The notes: generated by a model from the letters alone, not told the origin. A stretch of 64,000 nucleotides of DNA from an uncultured Solirubrobacterales bacterium (GCA_963817865.1 CAWFQO010000015.1:6385-70384), one strand, 5' to 3'; positions 9,178-19,183 are shown, numbered from the stretch's first letter. Program-made: numbers and translations.

Positions 9178-9933
9178 GTGACCACCACCCTCGAGCTCAC
9201 GACGACCGACGGCCCGATGGGCCTGCACGTCGCCCGACCCGTCGATCCCCCCCGCGCCGGGGTCGTCGTCATCCAGGAGGCATTCGGGCTGAGCCCGCAC
9301 ATCGCCTCGATCGCCGATCGGCTGGCGGCCGCGGGCTACCTCGCGGCGGCGCCGCACCTCTTCCACCGCACCGGCGATCCGGTGATCCCCTACGGCGACT
9401 TCAGCGTGGTCATGCCCCACATCCAGGCCCTCCGGTCCGAGACCCTCGACGGCGACGTCGACGCCGCCCTGGATTTCCTCCGCGGCGAGGACCTCGCCGA
9501 CCCCGGCATCGCGATCGTCGGCTTCTGCATGGGCGGCACGGTCGCCCTGGCCACCGCGGCGCGCGTGCCCCTCGGCGCCGCGGCGACCTTCTACGGCAGC
9601 GGGATCCGCGAGGGCCGGTTCGGCTACCCCCCGCTCCGGGAGCTGGCCCCGCGCCTGGCCACGCCGTGGGTCGGGTTCTACGGCGACGAGGACCAGGGGA
9701 TCCCGGTCGACCAGGTCGACGAGCTCCGCCTGGCCGCGGCGCAGGCACCGGTGCCCACCGCGGTCCGTCGGTATCCGGGCGCAGGCCACGGCTTCAACTG
9801 CGACGACCGCGACGCCTACCACCCGGACGCGGCCGCGGACGCCTGGGCGCGGATGCTCGACTGGTTCGCCCGCCACCTGACCCCCGCTCACGGCGGCGGC
9901 GGCGCCGACCAGGCCTCGGCACCGACCGCGTAG
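9178..9933 (+). CDS. dienelactone hydrolase family protein
   Basis: VVVIQEAFGL...IAIVGFCMGG (nucleophile Cys elbow)...GAGHGF. GTG at 9178 is preceded by GGAGG. The ORF track start at 9106 is an alternative. Confidence 0.75.
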   Translation: MTTTLELTTTDGPMGLHVARPVDPPRAGVVVIQEAFGLSPHIASIADRLAAAGYLAAAPHLFHRTGDPVIPYGDFSVVMPHIQALRSETLDGDVDAALDFLRGEDLADPGIAIVGFCMGGTVALATAARVPLGAAATFYGSGIREGRFGYPPLRELAPRLATPWVGFYGDEDQGIPVDQVDELRLAAAQAPVPTAVRRYPGAGHGFNCDDRDAYHPDAAADAWARMLDWFARHLTPAHGGGGADQASAPTA

Positions 9934-9961
9934 CGCCGGAGGCGCTCGGTGACGAGGCGCC

Positions 9962-11125
9962 TCACCCCCCGAGGAGGACGCCGATCCGCCGGAGCGCCTC
10001 GTCGACGTCGTCCTCCTCGACGATCAGGGCCGGGAGCAGGCGCAGGGTGGCCGGACCGGTGGCGTTGATCACCAGGCGCTCCTCGAGCAGCGCCCGGCGG
10101 GCGATCCGCGGGGCGTCGAGGTCGACGTCGAAGCCGATCATCAGCCCCCGGCCCCGGACCGCCGTCACGTGGGGCAGCGCCGCCAGCGCCTCGCGCAGCC
10201 GCTCGCCGAGCTCCCGGCTCCGGGCGAGGACGGCCTCGTCGAAGAGCACGTCGAGCACCGCGTGGGCCGCCGCGCAGACGGTCGGGCCGCCGGCGAACGT
10301 CGACCCGTGGTCGCCGGGGGCGAACGTGGCGGCCAGCCGCGGCCCGGTGATCATCGCCCCGATCGGGAGCCCGCCGCCCAGGGCCTTGGCCGTGGTCAGG
10401 ATGTCGGGCACGACCCCCGCGGCCTCGTAGGCCCACCGGGTCCCCGTCCGCCCGAGCCCGGTCTGGACCTCGTCGAAGACCAGCGCCGCCCCGTGGGCGT
10501 CGCAGAGCGAGCGGGCCGTGCCGAGGAGCTCGTCGGACAGCACGTGGACCCCGGTCTCCCCCTGGATCGGCTCGAGGATGACCGCGGCCGTCCCGTCGTC
10601 GACCACGCCCCGCAGCGCCCGCGCCGTCGCCGGGACGGCGAGGAAGCCGCCGACCAGCGGGGCGAACGGCGCCTGCTTGGACTCCTGCGGCGTCGCCGAC
10701 AGCGCCCCGTAGGTACGTCCGTGGAAGGCGCCGTGGACCGAGACGATCGTCCCCCCCTGCTTGGCTTTGCGCGCGCACTTGAGCGCCGCCTCGACCGCCT
10801 CGGCGCCCGAGTTGGTGAAGAACACCCGCCCGCCGAGCGAGCTCTCGGCCAGGCGCCGGGCGAGCCGGGCCATCGGCTCGGTGTAGTAGAGGTTGCCGAC
10901 GTGCAGGAGCCGCCCGGCCTGCTCGCGGACGGCGGCGACGACCGCCGGATGGCAGTGGCCGACGCTCGAGACCGAGATCCCGGTCAGGAAGTCGAGGTAC
11001 TCGTGGCCCTCGGCGTCCCACAGCCGGGTCCCGGACCCCCGGACGAACTCGACCGGGTAGCGGGCGTAGTTGGCGGTCAGGTAGTCGTCGGCCCAGTCGA
11101 CGCTGCTCTCCGGGGACTCGATCAC
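9962..11125 (-). CDS. argD: acetylornithine aminotransferase
   Basis: LWDAEGHEYLDFLTGISV..VGHCHP, FFTNSGAEAVEAALK, DEVQTGLGRTG and the Lys-region TTAKALGGGLP. The GTG start at 11125 overlaps the argB stop (GTGA). Confidence 0.9.
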   Translation of the reverse strand: MIESPESSVDWADDYLTANYARYPVEFVRGSGTRLWDAEGHEYLDFLTGISVSSVGHCHPAVVAAVREQAGRLLHVGNLYYTEPMARLARRLAESSLGGRVFFTNSGAEAVEAALKCARKAKQGGTIVSVHGAFHGRTYGALSATPQESKQAPFAPLVGGFLAVPATARALRGVVDDGTAAVILEPIQGETGVHVLSDELLGTARSLCDAHGAALVFDEVQTGLGRTGTRWAYEAAGVVPDILTTAKALGGGLPIGAMITGPRLAATFAPGDHGSTFAGGPTVCAAAHAVLDVLFDEAVLARSRELGERLREALAALPHVTAVRGRGLMIGFDVDLDAPRIARRALLEERLVINATGPATLRLLPALIVEEDDVDEALRRIGVLLGG

Positions 11126-11970
11126 GGCTCGGGCGAGACCTTCGTGCCGATGCCGGCGTCGGTGAACAGCTCGAGCAGCAGCGAGTGGGGAACCCGCCCG
11201 TCGACGATGTGGGCCGCCGCGACCCCGCCGCGGACCGCCTCGATGCACGCCTCGAGCTTCGGGCGCATGCCCCCGCCGATCCCGCCGAGCGCGGCGTCGA
11301 CCTCATCGACCGTCGCCTGCCCGATCAGGCTCCCCGGGTCGGCCGGGTCGCGCAGCCAGCCGCCGACGTCGGTCAGGAAGACCACCTTGTGGGCCTTCAT
11401 CGACCGGGCGACCGCCGCCGCCGCCGGGTCGGCGTTGACGTTGTAGGAGTTGCCCTCGCCGTCGGCCCCGACCGAGGCGACGACCGGGATGTAGTCCTGA
11501 GCGATGTGGCGGATCACGTCGCCGTCGACCCGCTCGATCTCCCCGACGAAGCCGATGTCCTGCCCGCCGGGCGCGCTCCGCCGCCGCACCCGGAACAGGG
11601 ACCCGTCGTCGCCGCACAGGCCGACCGCCGGCTGGCCGTGGCGGTTCAGGCGCAGGACGATGTCCTTGTTGACCTTCCCGACCAGCACCATCTTGGCGAT
11701 CTCGACCGTCGCCTCGTCGGAGACCCGCAGCCCGTCGACGAACTCGACGGCCATGCCCAGGCGCTCCATGTAGGAGGTGATCTCCGGGCCCCCGCCGTGG
11801 ACGACGATCGGGTTCATCCCGACGTACTTGAGGAGCACGACGTCGCGGGCGAACTCCTCGCAGAGCACCGGATCCTCCATCGCCGCCCCGCCGTACTTGA
11901 TCACGATCGTCCGGCCGTGGAACTCGCGGATGTACGGCAGCGCCTCGAGGAGGGTGCCGACGTCCCTCAT
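11122..11970 (-). CDS. argB: acetylglutamate kinase
   Basis: LPYIREFHGRTIVIKYGGAAM...VVHGGGPEI...NVNADPAAAAVA. The ATG at 11970 overlaps the argJ stop (ATGA). Confidence 0.92.
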   Translation of the reverse strand: MRDVGTLLEALPYIREFHGRTIVIKYGGAAMEDPVLCEEFARDVVLLKYVGMNPIVVHGGGPEITSYMERLGMAVEFVDGLRVSDEATVEIAKMVLVGKVNKDIVLRLNRHGQPAVGLCGDDGSLFRVRRRSAPGGQDIGFVGEIERVDGDVIRHIAQDYIPVVASVGADGEGNSYNVNADPAAAAVARSMKAHKVVFLTDVGGWLRDPADPGSLIGQATVDEVDAALGGIGGGMRPKLEACIEAVRGGVAAAHIVDGRVPHSLLLELFTDAGIGTKVSPEP

Positions 11971-13211
11971 GTCGTGTACTCGGCGTTGATCTTCACGTAG
12001 CCGTAGGAGAGGTCCGAGAAGAAGACCTCGGTCTCGGCCCCCTCCCCGTCGAGGCGGACCTCGTACTCGACCTCCCGGCCGGCCACCAGCCGCCGGAGGG
12101 CCTCGACGTCGTGGGGGACGGCGGCCCCGCCGGCGCAGACGGTGACGCCCTCGATGGCGATCTCGAAGGACACGGGCGCCCGCCCGGGCATCGCCCCGCC
12201 GATCGCCTGGGCGATCCGCCCCCAGTTCGGGTCGGCGCCGAACAGGGCCGTCTTGACCAGGGGCGAGTCGGCCACGGCGCGGGCGACCCGCTCGACGTCC
12301 TCCCCGTCCCCGCCCCGGACCACGATCCGCCCGACCCGGGCGGCGCCCTCCCCGTCGGCGACGATCAGGAGGGCCAGCTGGCGCAGGAGCGCGTCGAGCG
12401 CCTCGCCGAAGCGGAGCTCGTCGTCGGTCTCGGCCGCCACCGCCACCCCGCTCGCCCCGCTGGCCAGGAGGATGACCGTGTCGTTGGTGGAGAGCTGCCC
12501 GTCGACCGAGATCCGGTCGAAGGACCGCTTGACGGTGACCCCGAGGAGGAGGTCGGCCGTCTCGGCCGAGAGCGCGGCATCGGTCTCGATGAAGCAGAGC
12601 ATGGTCGCGAAGCGCGGCGAGATCATCCCCGCGCCCTTGCACTGCCCGCTCAGGCGGACGGTCCCCGACGGAAGCTCGACCTCGAGCGCGGCGTGCTTGT
12701 CGAGGGCGTCGGTCGTCCGGATCGCCGCCGCGAAGTCGACCGCCCCGTCCGGACGGAGCTGGGCCTGGGCCTCGCGCAGGCCGCCGACCACGAGCCGTCC
12801 GGGGAGGACGACGCCGATCACCCCGGTCGAGGCGACGGCGACCTGGTCGGCCTCGACCCCGGCGACCATCGCCCCCGCCCCCTGGACCCGGGCCGCCTCG
12901 TCGAGGCCGCGCCGCCCGGTGGCCGCGTTGGCGCCGCCCGAGTTGGCGACCACGGCCCGGAGCGCGTCCAGGCGGCAGCGCTCCTGGCAGACGAGCACCG
13001 GCGCGGCGAGGACGCCCGAGACGCAGAAGCGGGCGGCGCTGACCGTCTCCGGCGGGTCGGCCACGAGCAGCCCGAGGTCGAGCTCGCCCGCCGCCTTGAG
13101 GCCGCAGGCCACCCCGGAGGCCCGAAAGCCGGCCGGGAGGGGCGACGCCGGGTCGAGCTCGCGGACGTGCTCCGGGCGCTCGCACCAGCGCGAGTCGAAG
13201 AACGGGCTCAC
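11967..13211 (-). CDS. argJ: bifunctional ornithine acetyltransferase / N-acetylglutamate synthase
   Basis: KGAGMISPRFATMLCFIETDA (autocleavage site region ATML), SVDGQLSTNDT, and the C-terminal SYGYVKINAEYTT. The GTG at 13211 overlaps the argC stop. Confidence 0.92.
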   Translation of the reverse strand: MSPFFDSRWCERPEHVRELDPASPLPAGFRASGVACGLKAAGELDLGLLVADPPETVSAARFCVSGVLAAPVLVCQERCRLDALRAVVANSGGANAATGRRGLDEAARVQGAGAMVAGVEADQVAVASTGVIGVVLPGRLVVGGLREAQAQLRPDGAVDFAAAIRTTDALDKHAALEVELPSGTVRLSGQCKGAGMISPRFATMLCFIETDAALSAETADLLLGVTVKRSFDRISVDGQLSTNDTVILLASGASGVAVAAETDDELRFGEALDALLRQLALLIVADGEGAARVGRIVVRGGDGEDVERVARAVADSPLVKTALFGADPNWGRIAQAIGGAMPGRAPVSFEIAIEGVTVCAGGAAVPHDVEALRRLVAGREVEYEVRLDGEGAETEVFFSDLSYGYVKINAEYTT

Positions 13212-14227
13212 CACAGCCCCCGCGTCTCGTCGAGCCCGAACATCAGGTTGAGGTTCTGCACGGCCTGCCCGGAGGTTCCCTTCCAGAGGTTGTCGATCGC
13301 CGCGAACACGAACAGCTTGCCGGTCCGCTCGTCGGCCTGGACCTGGATCCGGCAGACGTTGGTCTCGCGCACGTCGCGGACCCCCGGCGGCCGGCCGGCC
13401 AACTCGACGAAGGGCTCGCCAGCGTAGCGCGCCGCGTAGAGGGCGGCCAGCTCGTCCTGCCCGACCCCCCGGGTCGGCGTGACGTAGCAGGAGACGAGCT
13501 CGCCCTGGTCGAGCGGCACCAGGTGCGGGGTGAAGGCGGCGACCACCGGCGCCCCGAGCCGGGCCAGCTCCTGGTCGATCTCCGGCATATGGCGGTGGGC
13601 CCCGACCCCGTAGGGGACGACGTTCTCGGTCACGGCGACGAAGTGCGTCTTCTCGGTCGGCTCGCGCCCGGCCCCGCTCACCCCCGACTTGGCGTCGATC
13701 ACCACGTCGGCCATCAGCCCGGCCTCGGCCAGCGGGGCGAGGGCGAGGATCGCGGCCGTCGGGTAGCAGCCCGGGCAGGCGACGAGGTCGGCCCCGGCGA
13801 TCGCGCCGCGGTACAGCTCGGGCAGGCCGTAGACGGCCCGGCCGATCAGCTCCGGGTGGGGATGCGGGACGTACCACCGCTCATAGACCGCGAGGTCGCC
13901 GAGGCGGAAGTCGGCGCTCAGGTCGACGACCCGGACGCCCCGCTCGCGGAAGGCGGCGGCCACCGGGGCCGACGCTCCGTGTGGGTAGGCGATCACGACG
14001 GCGTCGACGCCCGGGCCGGCGTGGCGGTCGAGGTCGAGCTCCTCGAGGGCGAGGGGCACCCGGTAGCGGGGGTAGAGGTCACCGATCAGCCGTCCGGTGT
14101 GCGACCGCGCGGTGACGCCGGCCAGGTCGAGGTCCGGGTGGCGCCAGAGGAGCTCGGCGGCGAGCGCCCCGGCGAAGCCGGTGGCTCCGGCGACCATCAC
14201 GCCGGGCCGGTCAGCCACGGAGCTCAC
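13208..14227 (-). CDS. argC: N-acetyl-gamma-glutamyl-phosphate reductase
   Basis: VAGATGFAG...LVACPGCYPTAAILALAPL (active-site Cys)...IDNLWKGTSGQAVQNLNLMFG. Confidence 0.92.
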   Translation of the reverse strand: MSSVADRPGVMVAGATGFAGALAAELLWRHPDLDLAGVTARSHTGRLIGDLYPRYRVPLALEELDLDRHAGPGVDAVVIAYPHGASAPVAAAFRERGVRVVDLSADFRLGDLAVYERWYVPHPHPELIGRAVYGLPELYRGAIAGADLVACPGCYPTAAILALAPLAEAGLMADVVIDAKSGVSGAGREPTEKTHFVAVTENVVPYGVGAHRHMPEIDQELARLGAPVVAAFTPHLVPLDQGELVSCYVTPTRGVGQDELAALYAARYAGEPFVELAGRPPGVRDVRETNVCRIQVQADERTGKLFVFAAIDNLWKGTSGQAVQNLNLMFGLDETRGLW

Positions 14228-16734
14228 CCCCGAGCTCGGCGGCCAGGGCCCGGGTGACGGCCTCCCGCCAGGCGGCGACGTCCGCGTCGGTCAGCGTCCG
14301 GTCGGGCGCGCGGAACTCGAGGTGGAGGCTCAAGGACGTCCGGCCCTCCCCGATCTGGGCCCCCCGGTAGACGTCGAAGACCGAGACCGCCGCGAGGGCG
14401 GGGCCCGCGTGGGCGCGCACGACGTCGACCACCGCCGCGGCCGCGACCGCGTCGTCGACCACCACCGAGAGATCCTGGAGCACGGCCGGGAAGTCGCCGA
14501 ACCCGGCATGGGCGAGCACGGCCGGGGCGACCGCGGCGACGAAGTCGAGGTTGACGGTGAACACGGCCGTCTGCCCGAGGTCCCAGGCCGCGGCGACCGA
14601 CGGGTGGAGCTCGCCCACGAAGCCGACCCGCCGGTCCCCGATCAGGACCTCGGCGCTCCGCCCCGGGTGGAGGAACGGCCACGTCGCGGGGGCGACCGAC
14701 CAGCCGACGCGCAGGCCGTCGAGCACGGCCGCGACCAGCGCCTTGGCCGCGAAGAAGTCGGCCGGCGGCGCCGGCCCGGTCCGCCAGGACCGCCCGCCGA
14801 AGCCCCCGGTCACCAGGCCGCCGAGGGCGTGGTGCTCGTCGGCCGGCGCCGGGCCGCCCGCGTAGCCCGAAGCCCGCCCGGCCCGCCGCCGCCGCCCGGC
14901 CCGCCCCCGCCGCCCGGCCCGCCGCCGCCGCCCGGCCCGTCGCCGCCTCGGTCTCGTCGCCCCCGGCCGCGCGCAGCCGCCGGTAGACCGCCCCGGACTC
15001 GAAGATGCCGAGCGCCGTGGCCCCGCGGGCCACGTTGTGGCGGGCGATGTCGAGGAGCGAGGCGAGGAGGGTCGGGCGCATGACCGACTGGGCCTCCGAC
15101 AGCGGGTTCTCGATCGTCACCACCCGGGTCATCGGGTGGCCGTCGGGGAGGCGCAGGCGGGCGAGGAGCCCGGGGTCGGTGAACGACCAGCCGACGACCT
15201 CGTGGAGGCCGCGCCCGGCGAGGATGTCCTCGGCCCGCCGCTTCGTCCGCTGGGCCGCCGTCAGCCGCCCGGCCGCCCGCAGCGGCGGGAGCGTCGCCGG
15301 GAGGCGGTCGACCCCGTCGATCCGGGCGACCTCCTCGATCAGGTCGACCTCCCGCGTGACGTCGCTCCGCCGCCACGACGGGACCGTCACCGCGAGCGCC
15401 CCCCCGCCCCCGCCGGCGACGCCGAACCCGAGCGACCGGAGGATCTCGGCCGAGCGCTCCGGGCCGATCGGGGCGCCGAGGAGGCGGCGGAGATGGTCGG
15501 GATCGAGGCGGATGACCGCGGGCGGCGGACCCGGGCCGCCGACGTCGATCGTCCCCGGGACCAGCCGCGCCCCGCAGAGCTCGACGAGCAGCGAGCTGGC
15601 CGCGACCAGCGCCTCGGCCGCCGCCTCCGGCTCGAGCCCCTTCTCGAAGCGCCCGGACGCCTCGCTGCGCAGCCCGAGCCGGGCCGAGGTCGCCTGGATG
15701 TTCGCCCCGACCCAGGTCGCCGCCTCGAGCAGGACCCGCGCCGTCTCGCCCCCGACCTCCGAGCGGGCGCCGCCCATGATCCCGGCGATCGAGGTCGGCC
15801 CGTCGTCGTCGCAGATGACGACCGTCTCGCCCTCGAGCCGGCGCTCGACCCCGTCGAGGGTCCGGATCGCCTCGCCGTCACCGGCCCGCCGCACGACGAG
15901 CCGCCGCCCGGCCACCCGGTCGAGGTCGAAGGCGTGGAGCGGCTGCCCGGTCACGAGCATCACGTAGTTGGTCACGTCGACGACGTTGCTGATCGGGCGC
16001 ATCCCCGCGGCCAGGAGGCTGGCCTTCAGCCAGGCCGGCGACGGCCCGATCCGGACGCCGTCGAAGGCCCGGGCCATGAAGCGCGGACAGAGGTCCGGGC
16101 ACTCGACGACGACCGCGGCCGCGTCGAGCTCGCCGGCGGACCCGGGGTCGGACGCCCAGGGCGGCGGGGCGAGCGGTGCCCCGGTCGAGGCATGGACCTC
16201 GCGGGCGATCCCGTACACGCCGAGGCAGTCCGGCCGGTTCGGGGTGATCTCGAACTCGATCACGTCGGTCCCCAGCGGCAGGACGTCCTCCAGTCGGGTG
16301 CCTGGCCGCGCTGGCGAGTCCAGCTCCAGAATCCCCGCCTGCTCAACCCCGACCGCCAGCTCCACCTCCGAGAGGATCATCCCCTCGCTGACCACCCCGC
16401 GGAGCTTGGCCGCCTTCAGCCTGGCGCCCCCGGGGAGCACGGCGCCCGGCCGGGCCACGGCCACCGTCTGGCCGGCGGCGACGTTCGGCGCGCCGCAGAC
16501 GATCGTCGCCGGGCCGGCCTCCCCGATGTCGACCGCGCACACCCGGAGGCGGTCGGCGTCCGGGTGGGGCGCGACGTCGAGGACCGCCCCGACCACGTAG
16601 CCCGACGGGTCGAGGACCCCGTGGTGGAAGACGCGCTCGTCCTTGGTCCCGGTCATGGTCAGGCGGGCGGCCAGCTCGTCGGTCGAGAGGGGCGGGTCGC
16701 AGAACCGGCGCAGGAGGCGGAGGGGGACGAGCAT
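14211..16734 (-). CDS. pheT: phenylalanine--tRNA ligase beta subunit, reading frame interrupted near 14.82-14.95 kb
   Basis: The N-terminal 640 aa (ORF 14224..16734) are typical PheT: tRNA-binding OB fold VVGAVLDVAPHPDADRLRVCAVD, plus B3/4 and B5 regions. The conserved C-terminus (ADFFAAKALV...VFDVYRG..IGEGRTSLSLHLEFRAPDRTLTDADV) lies in a different frame (ORF 14211..14813). One base must be removed to join them. Confidence 0.85.
14877..14948. repeat. four tandem copies of an 18-bp unit (cccggcccgccgccgccg) inside pheT
   Basis: Read directly: cccgg recurs at 14877, 14895, 14913 and 14931. Units 1 and 3 are identical; units 2 and 4 differ by 1 and 2 nt. On the coding strand this encodes GRAAAA-like hexapeptides. 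Confidence 0.9.
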
Positions 16735-16737
16735 CGC

Positions 16738-17796
16738 TCAGAACTGCTCGAGAAGGCGGACGTCGTTGTCGTAGAAGAGGCGCAGGTCGGGGACGCCGTG
16801 CTTGAGCATGGCGATCCGCTCGATCCCCATCCCGAAGGCGAAGCCCTGGACGTGGTCGTAGACCGAGTCGCCCCGGAGCTCGCCGACCCGGGCGAAGACG
16901 TTCGGGTCGACCATCCCCGCCCCGAGCACCTCGAGCCAACCCGACCCCTTGCACAGCGAGCACCGCGACCCGTCGGCCCGCCGGCCGGCGTCGCAGGCGA
17001 AGCAGGAGACGTCGACCTCGACGCTCGGCTCGGTGAACGGGAAGAAGTGCGGGCGCAGGAGGACCTCCCGCTCGTCGCCGAAGATCGCCTGGGCGAAGGC
17101 GAGGAGCGTGCCCTTGAGGTCGGCGAGGGTGATCGCCTCGTCGACGGCCAGCCCCTCGATCTGGTGGAACTGCGGGGTGTGAGTCGCGTCGTTGTCGGGG
17201 CGGTAGACCCGGCCGGGGACGATCACCGCGAGCGGCGGCGGCTGGCGCTCCATCAGCCGGACCTGCATCGGCGAGGTGTGCGTCCGCAGTAGCACATGCT
17301 CGGAGATGTAGAACGTGTCACTCCGGGCCCGGGCCGGATGGGTCGGGTCGTGGTTGAGGGCGTCGAAGTTGTAGTGGACGAGCTCGATCTCCGGGCCGAG
17401 GGCGATCCCGAAGCCGAGCCCCATGAACACGTCCTCGATCTCCCGCCGGGTCTGGGTCAGGAGGTGGAGGCGGCCGGTCGGCTGGGGCGGGTCGCCGGGC
17501 AGGGTGACGTCGACCCGATCGGCGACCAGGCGGCGGTCGAGCTCCTCGGCCTCGAGCGCCCCGGCCCGCCCGGCGATCAGGGTCTCGAGCGCCCGCCGGG
17601 CCTCGTTGGCCTCGCGGCCGACCACCGCCCGCTCGGACGCCTCGAGGCCGGCCACCCCGCGCAGGAGCTGGGGGAGCTCGGCCTTGCGGCCGAGGTAGCG
17701 GACCCGGAGCTCCTCGAGCTCGCCGGTCCCGGCCGCCGCGGCGATCGCCCCCTCGGCCTCGGCGCGCAGGGCGGCGATTCGCTCGGTCGCGCTCAT
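16738..17796 (-). CDS. pheS: phenylalanine--tRNA ligase alpha subunit
   Basis: HPARARSDTFY, LLRTHTSPMQVR, RPHFFPFTEPSVEVD and GFAFGMGIERIAML are class II aaRS motifs of PheS. Confidence 0.95.
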   Translation of the reverse strand: MSATERIAALRAEAEGAIAAAAGTGELEELRVRYLGRKAELPQLLRGVAGLEASERAVVGREANEARRALETLIAGRAGALEAEELDRRLVADRVDVTLPGDPPQPTGRLHLLTQTRREIEDVFMGLGFGIALGPEIELVHYNFDALNHDPTHPARARSDTFYISEHVLLRTHTSPMQVRLMERQPPPLAVIVPGRVYRPDNDATHTPQFHQIEGLAVDEAITLADLKGTLLAFAQAIFGDEREVLLRPHFFPFTEPSVEVDVSCFACDAGRRADGSRCSLCKGSGWLEVLGAGMVDPNVFARVGELRGDSVYDHVQGFAFGMGIERIAMLKHGVPDLRLFYDNDVRLLEQF

Positions 17797-18515
17797 CGCC
17801 GGGCCATCCTACGGGCCGCCGCCACGGCGTAGAGCCCGATCGTCGCCGCCATCGCCGCGTTCAGCGAGTCGCCGGCCACCTGGGGGATCGCGACCACCCG
17901 GTCGCACGCACCGAGGACGTCGGGGCCGAGCCCGTCCCGCTCGGCGCCGATCAGGAGCGTCAGCTCCGCCGGGAACGGCCCGCCGAGGGGCTCGGTGGCC
18001 GCCCGGTCGAGGCCCACGCGCGCACCGGGCAGGTCGCCCGGGGTCGCCCGGCCGACCGGGACGGCGAAGATCGCCCCCATGCTCGCCCGGACCGCCTTCG
18101 GGCCGTAGGGGTCGGCGCAGCCCGGGCCGAGGGCGACCGAGGCGGCCCCGAAGGCGTGGGCGGCGCGGACGATCGTCCCGACGTTGCCCGGGTCGGCCAC
18201 CCCGTGGAGGTAGACGCAGACCGGCCCGGCCGGCGCCGGCGCCCAGCGCTGCTCGTGGATGACGATCGCCCGGGTCCCGGACCCGAGGGTCGACGCGGCG
18301 GCCAGGAGCTCGGGGGCGACCTCGGTCCAGTCGCCGGGGCCGGGCGGGGGCAGGCCGGCCGGGCAGAGCCGGACCACGGGCTCCCAGCCGGCGGCGGTCG
18401 CCGCGGCGTCGAGGTCCTCGCCCTCGGCGACGAACCGGCCCGTCCGGGCGCGCCCGGCCTGGCGGGCCAGGCGGCGGAGCTCCTTGAGATGTTGGTTGTC
18501 GGGTGAGCTGATCAT
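17793..18515 (-). CDS. TrmH/SpoU family RNA 2'-O-methyltransferase
   Basis: MISSPDNQHLKELRRL...FVAEGEDL...DPGNVGTIVRAAHAFGA...IPQVAGDSLNAAMAATIGLY (SpoU motifs). This is the position of the tsnR-like gene in the actinobacterial infC-pheST block. Confidence 0.85.
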   Translation of the reverse strand: MISSPDNQHLKELRRLARQAGRARTGRFVAEGEDLDAAATAAGWEPVVRLCPAGLPPPGPGDWTEVAPELLAAASTLGSGTRAIVIHEQRWAPAPAGPVCVYLHGVADPGNVGTIVRAAHAFGAASVALGPGCADPYGPKAVRASMGAIFAVPVGRATPGDLPGARVGLDRAATEPLGGPFPAELTLLIGAERDGLGPDVLGACDRVVAIPQVAGDSLNAAMAATIGLYAVAAARRMARR

Positions 18516-18549
18516 AAAAAAGGGCGCCGTCCTCGAAGGAGCGGCGCCC
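18516..18549 (-). terminator. intrinsic terminator after rplT
   Basis: The minus strand reads GGGCGCCGCTCCTTCGAGGACGGCGCCC, with an 8-bp GC stem plus 3 further pairs, followed by TTTTTT. The T tract abuts the ATG of the next gene. Confidence 0.75.
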
Positions 18550-18576
18550 GGGAGGTTCGTCTGTCGGCGGTTGCGG

Positions 18577-18936
18577 TCAGGCAGCCGACGCCTCGCGGGC
18601 GGCATCGGCGAATCGGCGGAAGGTCTCCGGGTCGCGCACGGCGATGTCGGCGAGCACCTTCCGGTCGAGCTCGATCCCGGCGAGACCGAGCCCGTGGATG
18701 AAGGTCGAGTAGCTCATGTCGTTCTGGCGGGCCGCCGCGTTGATCCGGGTGATCCACAGCCGGCGGAAGTCGCGCTTGCGGTTGCGCCGGTCGCGGTACG
18801 CGTAGGCGTCCGCCTTCATCAGCGCTTCCTTGGCCCGCTTGTAGTTCGAGTTCGCCTCGCCCCGGAACCCCTTCGTCCGCTCGAGGGTCGCCCGGCGCTT
18901 CTTCTTGGCCGCGACCGACCGCTTGACCCGGGTCAC
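18577..18936 (-). CDS. rplT: 50S ribosomal protein L20
   Basis: [26 protein letters not shown]...[13 protein letters not shown]. Confidence 0.95.
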   Translation of the reverse strand: MTRVKRSVAAKKKRRATLERTKGFRGEANSNYKRAKEALMKADAYAYRDRRNRKRDFRRLWITRINAAARQNDMSYSTFIHGLGLAGIELDRKVLADIAVRDPETFRRFADAAREASAA

Positions 18937-19133
18937 TTGCCCACCCCGAGCAGCTTCTTGACCCGCGGGGCGTCATGGTCGGAGAGCATCGCCGGCTGGC
19001 CGAGCGTCCGCTTGCGCTTGGGTGACTTCTTCCCGAGGATGTGGCTCGTGAACGCGTGACGGCCGCGGACCTTCCCGCCGCCGGTCACCTTGAAGCGCTT
19101 CTTCGCGCCGGAATGTGTCTTCATCTTGGGCAT
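18933..19133 (-). CDS. rpmI: 50S ribosomal protein L35
   Basis: [42 protein letters not shown], 66 aa. Its stop overlaps the rplT GTG start (GTGA). Confidence 0.93.
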   Translation of the reverse strand: MPKMKTHSGAKKRFKVTGGGKVRGRHAFTSHILGKKSPKRKRTLGQPAMLSDHDAPRVKKLLGVGK

Positions 19134-19183
19134 CGCGGCGTCGAAGGTTAGCGTGCCCGGCCGCTCGGCGGTCGGGCGACCGC

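Noticed and set aside
14877-14948. A CRISPR-like or other non-coding repeat array.
   Set aside because: The units are directly tandem with no spacers, are 18 bp long, and are in frame inside pheT. This is a coding VNTR, not a CRISPR. No CRISPR array was seen anywhere in the window.
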